Positions 27,804 through 41,300 of a stretch of 64,000 nt of DNA are shown one piece after another. A program made the translations under genes and the position numbers. The DNA comes from the human T2T-CHM13v2.0 reference genome, Homo sapiens. Below the pieces are notes generated by a model. The model was not told where the DNA came from and did not search any database. It saw only the letters and a list, made by a program, of their open reading frames with translations. Location of the stretch: the NCBI RefSeq assembly GCF_009914755.1, contig NC_060929.1; one strand, written 5' to 3'. Every line of letters starts with the position of its first letter. Position 1 is the stretch's first letter.

Positions 27804-27918
27804 CTGTTTTCAATGCAAACTTCATAATCAGTACCACGGCCTGTTCCAGAGGGTGCTTTCCAAGAACAGTTCCACACTTGCAAATTGTTAGTTACACACT
27901 TCAAATCATGAGGAGCCC
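27804..27918 (-). CDS. LIFR: LIFR exon 3 (115 nt), D1 first half
   Basis: Translates (G)APHDLKCVTNNLQVWNCSWKAPSGTGRGTDYEVCIEN; CTCCTCCAG acceptor, GTAATT donor. Confidence 0.97.
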
Positions 27919-27927
27919 CTGGAGGAG

Positions 27928-27928
<1 letters not shown>

Positions 27929-27961
<33 letters not shown>

Positions 27962-27964
27962 ACA
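27929..27964. repeat. (CA)14 plus degenerate extension at the exon 3 splice acceptor
   Basis: CA run begins 11 nt from the exon boundary. Confidence 0.95.
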
Positions 27965-29149
27965 TAAACACAGAATATGCTGAATAAGTCAACTGCACTC
28001 TAAAAAGTCAACCATTTTCAGTTGTAAGCACAAGCATGTGTGTCTGCAGAGAGCCCATGTTTTTTTTTTTTTCAAAGAGATGATCCTGCAAGTCATGGGA
28101 GTGGACTGGTTTTCTATTTCTTTTTGCAGCTTTGGTTAAAAAAAAACAACTAAAGGGTAAACTGATGAAAGTGGGCCAGCTACTAGACCATTTTGGGGTT
28201 AGGCTGCTATCAAAAATTCCACTTCCAAGCAACTAAGACAAATTAAGGGAGTGAGTGGCTAGTCATGTAGATTCAATAATGGGACCAAGAGAGGGCTTGA
28301 GGGGATTCTAGCACCTCTTGAATCTTCAATAGCCCCACTTAAGGAAAAAACAAAAAACAAAAACAAAGAAGTCTTAAGTAAAAATGATGTGCCTTCCAAG
28401 TTTTTAAACAAAACTTTGAAACTCCTAGTCACCCCCACCTCATTGCTTGCTACCAGACTGCCCCCTTGGTAGAACTCCCATAACTAATCTTTAGGTTATT
28501 ATGAAGTATATTAAATTTAAACAGTAATAAACTCATGAGTTCATTTGAGAAATATATTTTTGGTGTGGGCCTAAACAATTGAAAGTAACAATTCAGAAGA
28601 TTACAATCCTACTAGTACTTACTCACATCTATAAAATAACATTACACCATGGAATATGTAAGCACTATGCAATGAAAAAAGTCACCCCGAAAAGAAAATG
28701 AGTAAAAAGAAGGGGGGTATAAGAGAGAGGGAAAGAGGGAAGAAAGGAGGGAAACAAGGGGAAAAGGCAACTATAGAATAAAAAAGGTAGTCCATCTCAG
28801 ATTCTATAAATGTTTATGAAAAATGTTTTTGTTTTTGTACATGGTTGGTACGATATTCACTGTAGCAATAAATTATACGGCTATTTATATGACAGAAAAA
28901 CAAATATTACATTAAAAGTACTCACATTATAAAGCAGCACTAATCATAATAATAAAGTAATTTAATGAATGACCTTGGAGAAAAGAGATCTATTTAAATA
29001 TGGAAATAATATAAAAACTAAACCAACGGGCAGGAGGATGATAATTTCTTTATATAAATAAGCTATAAAATATCTACATAAACATTCTTAATATATTTAA
29101 GATGTAACATAATACATTTAAAAATATTTGGATTTCATTGATATGACAT

Positions 29150-29380
29150 TCTAAAAAGGTAACATTATAGAGACAGAAAACAGTGTCTATGGAGACAAGG
29201 CAGTGCTGGCAGGGGATGGGCCTGGGAGGGCTGACTACAGAGGAGCCAGGAAGCTTTTGCAGTGCCGGGGCTGTTCCCTATCTTGATTGTGCTGGTGGTT
29301 ACATAACTACATTCATTGTCAAAACTCACAGAACTGAATCTTAAAAAGGCAAATTTTATTGTATGTAAATTATATTTTAA
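29150..29380 (+). mobile_element. L1ME 3' UTR fragment
   Basis: tgttccctatcttgattgtgctggtggttacataact..tgtcaaaactcacagaactg..aattttattgtatgtaaattata. Confidence 0.65.
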
Positions 29381-29583
29381 TTTTTCATGGTAAAATAATA
29401 TTTTGATCTATCATTAAGGATCTTTTTAAAAGAAACTAAAAGTACATAGAAAAAAGATGACAAAAAAAATGAATTTTAACCAACAAAATCCTAAAGGGGT
29501 CAATAAAGCAACAAAATTGCTTCGTCATCAAAATGGAAATAAAACTGCAATCTGTTCATTCTCTGGAAGGCTGATGCACTTAC

Positions 29584-29725
29584 CCTTTTTCTGGCTATTT
29601 ACTTGATTCATTAGATATAGAAGAATAAATGTTGATAACAGCCACTGGAAATTTGAAGCAGTCCTCATTCTTTTATTGTCCACCATCCAGGATGGTCGTT
29701 TCAAACATACGTAAATATCCATCAT
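29584..29725 (-). CDS. LIFR: LIFR exon 2 coding part (142 nt), start codon and signal peptide; exon spans 29584-29744 with 19 nt of 5' UTR
   Basis: Translates MMDIYVCLKRPSWMVDNKRMRTASNFQWLLSTFILLYLMNQVNSQKK(G), the recognised LIFR N-terminus; acceptor CTCCTAACCTAG before 29744, donor GTAAGT. Confidence 0.98.
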
Positions 29726-32049
29726 CTGTGCAATGCAGTCAGTCCTAGGTTAGGAGAGGAATTCCAGATGGTGTTCAGATTGTTCTGAAGGCTCACCTTA
29801 TACTGTGCACACAAACACTCAAATAGATTCTGACAGATTCTGAAACACTGTACATTTAGAGACTTTGGAGATACTCAAACTCAAGCTTCCCTGGCTTGTG
29901 GAGACATCAATAATTGGACACAGCTGTTGCTTTAGGTATCTACTACGAGGCCAATTTTCAAATGATGGGCTTCAAGTTAAAGATCATAACTATAATTATA
30001 AAATTACAACAAAATTATAAGCACATGGCTATCAACTCTACTCCAACTCTACTAAAATGTAGAAAAGCAGTGCATGAGACTGAATTTTTGACAATTTTAA
30101 GTGATACCTGGATTGATATTTTTATGTATTTTATTAGTACGTTAACTTGTGTTTAGTCATTTATGACAAGTTATATTAGTTTTGTCTCCCATTTACATGG
30201 TGTTGGAAAGTTTCTATTTCATACAAATTTAATAATTTAAAAAGAAAAAACTAGGGTAACAGTATGGAGATGTTGCACATTGGACATTTAGGGATCCCCC
30301 AGAGTAATGAAATTCCCATCCACCCTTCATCCTTTCTTCCTAGAGGGACACCACCAGCCAACAAGATCCTTATGATACACTGAAAACTCTTGTGTCAGAC
30401 CTAAAATTGCCTCATTTATTACAACATTGGCACAGGGCACCAAAGATCACAAAACATATAAGCAAAGGCTAAAATATTAAAGAGAAATTTAGGATAACCA
30501 AAAGGAAAATAAAAAGTACTTCCAGAGAAAATGGGGATGATATAGGAAACAAGAAAACTTAAAAGAAAAAAAAAGAACCTAAAAAACTCTAAATAGTGTC
30601 CTCTGAGCAAACATGGCATAACTATAAAAAACTAGAGGATGCAATGAAAAAGGAATAACAGGAAATAAAAATAGCTCTTAGAAGTTAAACATATTGTCTG
30701 ATATTAAAATTAAAATAAGAAAAAGATTGAGTAATCTTTCAGAACAAAATACAAAAAAAAATTGAAAATGTGGGAAAAGAGATAAGAAATGAAGACTTGA
30801 TAAAGGAAAGGAGATCCAACACCTAAATAACTGGAGCCCATTGAGAGAATTCGAAAAAATATTTTTCTTAGTGAAAGCAGATGGCAAGATCTCTTCTCGG
30901 CTACTGTCAAGTACTGTCAAAAACCCAGGAAATGAATCCCAAATAGCTTAATTATAACCATAACATGCAAAAGGCGTGAGCACACATTTCAAAAGTGTTC
31001 TATTATTTTCTGGATGAATGAATAACTTCCTAGTCAATTCCAGGGTCATTGAGTTTACTTAGTAGAATGAAAATGTATTCACAAAATATCTAAAATGCCA
31101 GTTGCTGAATTTATAGAATTATACAACTGTACAAGAATAACTGAGTAATGGAGCCAAACATGACCCTAAAACTCAAACTCTGACTAAAATAATCATAAAC
31201 CATATTCACTGACTGGCTAAACATTATCTTGAAATGAAACAGTCCCTCACTACAAGTTTCGATTATTCTAAAAAGAGACACAGGCCCTACAGCCATGCCA
31301 GGAAGAAGTGCAAGAAGGGGCGGAGGGAGGCAGCTGAGAAAGAGCTCTGGACCAGGTGCTTCCAGATTTAGATGCTAATCTTGGCTCCATTACTAATTAG
31401 TGGTATGGCTGAGGGTAAATCACTTAATCCCTCCCTGCTTCAGCCTCAACCATTGGAGCAGAGAGGCATGCTCTCTATTCAGGATCCACATAAGAGACTT
31501 CCCAAAGCGAAGCTGTAATATTCCATTCCTGCTGGCAGGGAACAGGCACGCAGACAGTAGCGAGCTCGCACAAAGCCTATGCCAGCAACAGCCACGGATC
31601 AAAGACTCTGCTGAGGAGGTCAGTAAGCAGGAGGAAGGCGATGCCCAGGGACAGAAGGATCAACGGCAGTGTCACTGAAGCCTGCTTAACTTAAGCAGGA
31701 TAATAAAGAAGACTTTCTGGTGTGATACATTTACACAGAGAATTCTGGGCAAGTCTATTTGGGCAATACAATATTGTGCTTATAACACATCAGACTTCCC
31801 CACCAAGCAAAACTTTCAAATGGACTTACTGTGGGCCAGAACAATACATGAACAGAGCCTTCCGAAGTACTTTCAGAAAAAAAGTGATGCTTGTGAAGCT
31901 TTTCTCTGCTCACTCCTGATAGAAACATTGTCAGAATTCACTTTTTTCCCCTGTCAATGCCTTATTCCTTAGAGGAGCACAAATTTTTATACGATTTCAG
32001 GAGCTAACTTTCAAAATTAGGATGCAGCAACAGGGTGCAAATGCAAATA

Positions 32050-32310
32050 TGCAGGGGCAAAGCAAGTAACAAACGTGTTCACAGCAGGTGCAAACTGCAG
32101 CCCCTCTGCCTAGCATAAAAGTGGCAGCCACCAGCCTCATTTTGCCAAATATGCTGATTTTTCCAGATGAGGTAGAAATCTGGCATTTTAAATGAAACAC
32201 CAAAGTTTGTAAATGTGAGAAAATAATGCATATGTTTTACACATTCTAAAGGCCAGACAAAATATGCTCATGGGCAGTATCCTTCCTGCCCAAGGGTGAC
32301 CAGTTTGTTT
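32050..32310. mobile_element. Possible hAT-Charlie (MER102-like) relic
   Basis: gctgatttttccag..agaaatctggcatttt..aggccagacaaaatatgctc..gaccagtttg; a similar relic lies at ~39650-39935. Confidence 0.4.
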
Positions 32311-34469
32311 CCTATACTAATTATTTTAAAGGACTTAAAAAGTCAATAAACCCTTCTGCTAAAGAAAAGTAATCATGCAGAATAAATCTGTAAGACTGTT
32401 GAATGGAAAGAAAAATATCTGGTTCTATTTCTTTACACATATGCTGACTTCAATCTTAGACCATCATAAAGCACAGGCAGAACTTGAGCCTGGGGCCCCA
32501 CATGGCAAAGTTCAGTCCTGTCAACACGGGCCCCTGAGCTTTTAAAGGCCTTGTTTGTGAAGATGAGTGTTCACACATGTACTTTGACTTGTATTTTTCT
32601 CAACCTTGAGAATTCTGGTTCCAGTGTACATGAGGTTTAGGGCTTTTCTGCCGAAGAAAATTAGAAAAAAAGAGTTGAGAAAAGTAAAGCTAAATACCAG
32701 AAACTAGTCCCAACACATTTTGTTGCTTATTTTGTCTCTGTTCCCCTGTCCCCCAACCCCTCTCTATATACATAAATATGGTGGCGGTGGTGGGGACAGG
32801 TAGGTAGAGACAGATCAGGAAACGTGACAGAGAGTGAGTTAGCATGTCCTGCTGGCACGAACCTAGCCTGGTGGCACTGAGGCCTCCAGCCTTGTGTGCA
32901 GAAGGAGGCCTCAGGCAACACCTGCACAGTCAGGGTGAAAGGAATCAAGACAGCCCAAAGCATCTTTTATCTCAAGAATCTATCTTTTTGCCATACAATA
33001 AGATGACTCCCTTGTCATTAATTCTCAAAAGAAATTAAATACTAAGCTGGAACACTCGAGGGAGAAAAGACTCTGAACTACTGTAAAGGTAAATAAGCCT
33101 ACGAGTGGGTCACCCATCCACAGGAGTGGAGATGCTGGGAGTTGAGCAAAACAAGTGCAATCACACAGGCAGTAAACAGTACCCGCACTGCTCATTTGTA
33201 TTCTTCCTAGTGTCCCTTTCTTTACTGTTTCCTAGGAGGAAACATCAACATTGTTTAAAAACTTTGACCAGCAACTATTTTCCTTATCCCATTTCCCTCC
33301 CACAAGATCTTAAATTCCTCCAGCATTAGCTCCCAGTGAAGAAGGCTTTTCAGGATCATAAACTCTGCAGTTTGGTAGACTCCATTGTGTTATTGAAGTG
33401 AAGTGTAGGGGCTCTTCAAGTTAAAAGAAAGAAATACTTACGAAAAACATACACTTGGCCAGACTGAGAAGTTCTATCTGGGAAGACTAGACTGCACAGG
33501 AAGGCATGAATAGCTTTTCAGAAAGAGGGAAGCTGGAACAAAGTGATGTTTCAAGGAGATTAACTAGGACATAGCTGCAGTAACAAAGATGTATGCAAAA
33601 TTTATCAGTATATAGGTCTAGTCCTAGCAAAAATCTAGTCCTCAAAGAGCCCACATAACCCAGCACAAGGAATCTGAAAAGACTGATACCAAGATGCATC
33701 ACTGAGAATATCAAAATATCTGTATCAAAGATGTTACAAGTTTCCAGGGAGTGGAGGCCATACACAAGGGCTCAGGAATAAGAACAACATCAGAATAAAT
33801 TAGTCAAGTCAGGCCTCTGTGACTTGCGGTGTGAGTGTGGACAAACCCCCATTGTAACACAGGGATGGTGACAGCACCACCTCCAGAGCAGGTTACGGGT
33901 GTACATGAGACACTGGGTGTGTGACCCATAAATATTCTTGAGAAGGGGAGGAACACACCAGACTTTTTAGCAATAAAAGCTAAAAAGAACACCTTCCAAA
34001 ATACAAGTGAAAATTATTTTCACACTTGAATTCTATACTCAAACTGTTGAGTGGATAACATATATTTTACAAAGACATGCAAAATGTCAAAAGATGTATC
34101 ACCTTCCGTGTACCCATTCTCTGGAAGCTACTGCAGGACATGACTGACCAAAATGAGGTACAAAACAAAAAAGAACAAGAGAGAAAATATACAATCCATA
34201 CAACTGGAGTCAGAACCTAGAAAGAGGCCTTGCACACTGCCTCTGCTGTGTGTCCGGGCCACACTAAAATGGCTGCCATTCCACAGCTGCCAGACCCTTC
34301 AGGACTCCTTAGGCCAGCACCCTTTTTCCCTTCTTGCTAATTTCATCTGCACCCTCCTCAAGTCAGCAGTGATGCTCCTAGCAGGAGGTATGTTTGTCAT
34401 TGCCTCTGAGAGTCCACAGGTTAGATGCCATCTGCTGCTGCTTCCACAACACTTTAATTATATTTATGT

Positions 34470-34690
34470 CATGGGGTTGCACAATTCATGTTCCATAGGC
34501 CAAATCTTACCCGCCTCTTGATTTTGTAAATCTTCCTAGAACACAGCCACGCCCACTAGTTTAAGTATAACCTATGACTACTTTCCCATGACAATGTTAG
34601 AGCTGAGTGGCTAGGATAGAGATTGAATGGTCCACAAAGCCTAAAATATTTACTGCCTGGCCCTTTACAGAAAGAGTTTGCTGACTTCTG
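34470..34690. mobile_element. MER58A (hAT-Charlie)
   Basis: ggccaaatc..ttttgtaaat..gaacacagccacgccca..caaagcctaaaatatttact..ctggccctttacagaaa.agtttgctgac. Confidence 0.85.
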
Positions 34691-35319
34691 CTCTACTGCT
34701 TCACTTCCTAATCTTATAATTCTCCCTACAGACCGTCAGATCCTTGAGAGCAAACACATCCGAGTTCACTGTAACCCTCAGTGTCCAAGCAGTACCTGGC
34801 ACAAAGCAGACACCAAAAACTCTAAGCCAGCTGGCTGAATGAATACCAAGGCACAAATTATTATATGCCCACACAGTATACTTTCATTGTTAGGCTGCAT
34901 GCTAACCCAGGTACTGCCAACACTAGGAACCCAAGTTAAAGCTCTGGCTCCCAAACTGCACTGAGGCACCCCAAGACACCAAAGCAAACTGACAGAGCTA
35001 TCACAGAATATCTAAGTTTTTGAAGGAAATAAAGTGACATCTGTCCAACACTCTGAAAACCGTTAGTTCAAGGTAGTCCACAGTTTCAATATTTGCTCAT
35101 GCTACATTTTTTTGTGTGACATCGTATCTTTATCTTTGGTGAAGAGAGGGAGGGACTAGTAATTGCTGGGATAAAACACAAGTACTACCCAAACAAATCA
35201 ATGTAGAAATGGAAATGAGGGTGCTGGTTTCCAAGATTTGGGAAGCTATGCAGTACTCAATAGCTTCACACATCTCATCAGTAATTAAGGCTTTTTAAGA
35301 ATGAAATAAAAATACTACC

Positions 35320-35648
35320 ATAGACCCTTCATATCCCAGGGTTCTGCAACCACAGATTCAACCAACCTTGGATTGAAAATATTCAGAAAACAAAACCAAT
35401 AAAAGACAACAGTACAACAATAAAAAAACAGTAAAAAAAAAAGTACCGTTTAACAACTGCTTACATAGCATTAACACTGTATTAGGGATGATTTAAAGTA
35501 ATCTAGAGATGATTTAAATCATATGAGAGGATAAGCACAGGTTATATACAAATACCACACCATTTTATATTAGGGACTTGGCATCCAAAGATTTTCACAT
35601 CTGTGAAGGTCTTGGAACGTGCCCCCACAGAGATAGAGGGACAATTAT
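35320..35648. mobile_element. MER2-type (TcMar-Tigger) element
   Basis: cagattcaaccaacc..gattgaaaatattc..ttacatagcatt..aatctagagatgatttaaa..aggttatatacaaatac..ccattttatattagggacttg. Confidence 0.8.
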
Positions 35649-37299
35649 ATTTTTCCTTTTAAGTGGATACACGTTATTTCTTCAAACTGCTACTAAAGTG
35701 CTTGATCATAAATACTCATTAAATTGTTTGGACCCAGCTATTTCATAAAGAGAACTGTTAGGTAATTCTTTTGACTACAAGCATCATAAAAAACATTAAC
35801 AAAACACGACGGGCACTGTGAACTATGACAGTCTGGGGACCTGAGTTAGAGGATAGCTTGGCTGCTTAGGGATTCCACTGTATCATACTTCAATATGCGT
35901 TCTGCATGTAGGAAAATAATATTGAAATTTAACATTTGCTACATTATAAAGACAAATCTATCACTGTGCATAATGCAGGATATTCATTCCCCAAAATAAC
36001 TTTTTGGTCTATTATTCAAATAGAATAATCTTGTCAATTTTTTTTTCTTAATTCCTTTGCATTTCCTGGGAACTTTTAAAAATAGACTGTCTTCCAAAGT
36101 TTTTCTTTTTCAGGATCCTCCATGTCAGTTTTAGTAATCTCCATTGCAGTGTGGACTTCCCTGTTAATTCAAGAGCCAGTCCATTATGAACCTCAGCATG
36201 TCAAAACAAGTTTGAATACATCACTTCCATGCTTAAAATCCTCCAAAGGCTCTCCACTGTTTCAACACACAGTTCCAGTTCCATACTGTGGGCACAGCCC
36301 TTCGAGACGGCCATGAACCCCTTCCTCTCCATACCGCAGCAGCTCCCCAAACACTCCACATTCCCTTTGGTCTCAAGGCCTCTCCCAAAACCACTGCCTC
36401 CAATGGAGTGCCCCCTGCAATGTCTCCTATATTTCCCATTCTTCCATCTTTCGGGACTCACGCTATCATACTTTAGAGTAACATCTGACTACTCATATCC
36501 CACTTCAACTACGCTATAAGAGTGACTGGTATGTAACAGTCTTCAATAAATATAAAAGTCTACCAAACGAATGAACTTGTTTCTTCCCTTTTAACGATGA
36601 AGTGCTCTATTATTAAACAACCTGAAGAACATTCCTCCAATAAATCTTTAACATGCAGGAAAACATGACGAAAACTTATCTCTAAAAAGAAACAGGAACA
36701 TCTCCATTTCCCAGTACTTCTCACTAATACCAAGGATTGTCTTTAAAAAAAAAAAATTATTCTGTTGGGCCATAAATGGCATTTCTTTTTATTGCGTAAT
36801 TAAAATATCCTTTCATATGTTTATTGATAATTTGCAATGCTTTATTTATAAGCTGTTTATTCTCTTTTGCTCCTTTTTCTAATTGGGCATTAATCATTTC
36901 CTTAATGATTGCTAAGAAAAAAAATCTTAATATGCATATTAACTCTGTTACATACATAGCAAATAGATTCCCCAATCGCTTTTACTTTCCAGTGAGTCTT
37001 TTGTTTAACTCTTACTAGATCAGATTTCTCTATTTTGTCCTTTGTGGTTTCTAACCATAAAGGTTTTTCTCATGCCGGGACTATGCAAATTGTCCTGATG
37101 TTGCCTTCAAGTACATTTAAGGTGTTTCACATTTTAAGCTTCATGCCATATAAAATTAATTTCAGTGTACAGTTGAGTCAAGGACCCACCTTTTCTGTTT
37201 CCCTCTAAGTGGTTACCACTTATCCCAACACCACTTATTAGGTAATCCATTCCTTCTCTCACTGACTTGAGATGCCATTCAGATTCTATTCCTACTTAG

Positions 37300-37800
37300 C
37301 TTCCTTGGTGGGACTCCTTAGCCTACTGCTCCTTCTATCCTTCACTTCCTGACTGAACAGTATTATCTGTGCTTGTGGCTATAACATCACTTGTATGCTA
37401 ATTACTTCCAAATCCGTGTTCCCAGGATTGGCCTCTTCCCAGTTACAGATTAACCATTCACTAGACAATTTCTTGCTTACTTAGACAAATCCACTCAAGT
37501 AAGGTTCCTTCAGGCATGACAAAATATTCTGATGCTTCATATCCACTTGGATATTTCAGATTCCTCAAAAACTCCAGATGTACTGAATTAAGCTCACTTT
37601 CCCCTCCAAACCTGCTCTCTTGTAGCCCCGTCTTAGCCCATGGCACCAGTGTCTTCTGAGTAACCCTGACTCTTCCTTCTTCCTCACACCTCCCACCTGA
37701 CTTGCCACTTTTACCTAAAACATGCCTTGACTCTTTCCCCATCCTCTCCCTCCAGTCCATTTCTACTGCTCTGGAGGCTGAGGCCCTCCTCACTCTCTGG
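37300..37800 (-). mobile_element. L2 fragment
   Basis: Pyrimidine-rich L2-like tract (tccacttggatatttcaga..cctcaaa..actgaatt..cctccaaacctgctct). Confidence 0.5.
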
Positions 37801-37968
37801 CATACGTAATTTACAACCCTCTGGCAAGGGCCTCACACAATCCATCTTCCATAGTGAGTTGCAAAGCTTTAAATAGCATCTATATCACTAACCCTATCAT
37901 TCTTTGAAGCTCCAGGCCAAATATCAGAAGGCTGGCCCACCAACAGCTCAGACAACCGTCCACACTAA

Positions 37969-38327
<359 letters not shown>

Positions 38328-41300
38328 TTCCTCTTGGTTCTCATGCTGACCACTATGTCCAACCAGACACAGTGCTCTGTTTATGCTCCCACTGGACATC
38401 AATTTCCCCTTTAGGCATTGTTCTTATCATACCAGGTATTATGGAAATCATTCTCTCCCTTCCTTCCACCCTCTTTTCCACTATAAGCTAAGATCAGAGC
38501 CTTATCTTTGTAAAATCCATAGTCTAGGAGTGCTTTATATCCACCACACGTACAAGATTTATTTGGTGACTGAAGCAAATCCATTCAAATAGAGTCCTCG
38601 GTGAGGACTTAAAATATTTTCATACCATTCAGTTATTTGTCTACATTCTGAAGAGTAAGCTGACAAACTTTATGCTTTTCAATGAACCTGTTTGCTATAC
38701 AAAAATTCATTAATAAAAAGAATACTGGCTCAAATTGAAGTTTTTTTGGTTTTTTGGGGGGGGTAATACATAGAGTAAAACTATCCCTAAAGGCCTTTCT
38801 AAATTCTAGGAGGGGGAAAAATACTAATTACACAATAATTCTATCTAGGTAACAAGCTGGTTTTAGCTAACTCTACCATGTAAAATATAATTTATACATA
38901 TATTTCAGATATTATGCATTATTTAAATACTGTTTATTAAGGAGCAGCCACTTTTCTAAGTTCTTTCAATGAAAAATTGGATTTAATTTTCATATCAATC
39001 CTATAAGGTCGGTATTATTCATATTATTTCCCTCTTTTTATAATAAGAAAACTGAGGCACAGAAAGGTCATACAGCTAGTAAGGAGCAAAGTGGGATCTG
39101 TAGCCAACTCTGACTGCAAATCTCAGCTCCAGGCCATTATACTAAACTGTAAAATGAGCAACTAAGCTGGAGTCAGGAGTCCTGGACTCCAGTCCCTATT
39201 CTACCACTGAATAGGTGACAGGTAGGGGCTCGCAGATAAATCACCTAACATCTCAGGTCTTAGCTCTCAAATTACACAACTAAGACCCAGCACCTGCTTT
39301 CCCTACTTTAAGTATCATAAGAAACTTACGGTTGTTTTGTTTTCAGAAAACCTTGTTTGTCACCTGCAGGAACAAACTGGTAGATGTACAATGTGATTAG
39401 AAATTCAGCTCTCCCCCGACCTGTCCGGTGAATACTGTTGCTGGGGGAAACACCACCTGCTCTACCAAGCACTTCCACTAATCACATTATAACAAAGATC
39501 AGACAGTCTATGTTCAGAGAACAAATGGAAAATAACTGCCATCTTACTGTTCTCCTTCCAACTCTAAGTACACTTTTAATTGGTTAAGCTCTCAACTCAG
39601 CAGGTGCAAACTCAAACATACTCCAAGAGCCAGCCAGATGAAATGACTGGAGCCATTCACATGACACAGGCTGGCGGGCAGCCCCTCGCCAGCTCCTTGT
39701 GTCTGTATTACACCACAGAGGACGAGCGGCCAGTACAGCCACAGATCTTCCAGTTTTTCCAAAAGGGCAGGAAATCCAGGTTGTTGCTTTTTTAGTTTTT
39801 TTTATTATTATTATTATGAAATATCCTTATTTTTAAATGCTGGCAATTAATTCCAATTAAAAAAAAAACACTATGTGGGCCAAACAAAATACATTTGCAA
39901 GCCAAATATAGTTCTTAGGGAGCCAGTTAACCTGTCACAAAATGTACTGGCATTAAAAAATTCTTGTCTTGCTGCTGAAATAATCTTAAAATATAAACTG
40001 TTTTAAGACCTAGATTTCAATGCACAGATGTTGACCAAAATGTGCCTGAATGCTTTCTTAACATTCTTTAGGGTCAGAATCTGAAGCTTTCCACTCCAAA
40101 ATAATTCAAAATTTTTTTCTTTATGACATTATTTAACCCCAGATATCAAAATCTTAAGCATCATCTTAGATTATGCTTCTCAAAACAACAACTAAAATAA
40201 AGCCTTTAGCTCTGGCTTCAGACCACGGTCTACAACATCTAAGCAGGTGAAACATCTTCTATGTAAGAGTGGAACAGCATATGAAAAACATAACAGCACC
40301 TAAAATAACTGATATTTGGCAAAGCTATTTCAGAAAGGGGCATTCTTGTTAAGAAATAAAATCCTACAGACACAGAGGCCTGTGAGCTTGATAACTGATC
40401 CTGGATAAGATGATCAACAGTACTAAGAAAGGAATCCTAGAAAACCTCAGACCCATGCACGTCAGCCCATCCTTAGCCTCGACTTGATAAGCTGTTGTAC
40501 TGGGAAAAGCAAGGATCAGAAACAACAAAATGTATCTCTGTTTGAACAAAATCTTTTCTAATACATGAAAGATGAGTATTAGCAAGGTAAAGAAATTCAA
40601 GCTGTGTAAACAGAGTGAAGAGGCTGCTTTTATCACATGATCAACCTTACTCAGAGTGCTAATTCATAGGATGATGTCAACCTGGACAAAAGTGATATAG
40701 ACAGATATCAAAAACTTCTGTTTTTCTTGGTATCTTCATTAATGAGTTGCATGAAGATATAGGAATCATATCCAACTTATCTGTGGATGGAAAAAAATGG
40801 GCAAAATAGCAAATATACAGGGTGTAATAATAGGATTCTAATAAATAAATCCAATAAAATAAATTCAGCATGGATGTCAGGGTCCAAAATGAAATGATAA
40901 TGTTGATAACAATAACACACAGAAAATGAACAAATACAGATGGGAGGAGATATGATTTAGCAGCAACACACGGGAAAACCACAAAAAAAGGTTAATAAGC
41001 TGGGCCAATATTGTAAGATGGCCATAAAAATATTAAGAAGGACTACTTTTTTGTCTTCTCACTTTATCAGACACATAATGTCTAAAATCGTGTCCTCCAG
41101 TGGTATTAAAATTGGAGGATTCATTTTAGTTTGAAAAATAAGTAGATAATCTAATATCAAAGTATTAACATGAAACATAAATTATGATTGTTGGTTTTAT
41201 TACTGCCCAAGTCATCATAAATTCTTGCTCAATGTAAATCTTACTCTAGTAAATCCCATCTCACCATAAGTGCCAGCTACTACCTATTTCATAGAAGAAG

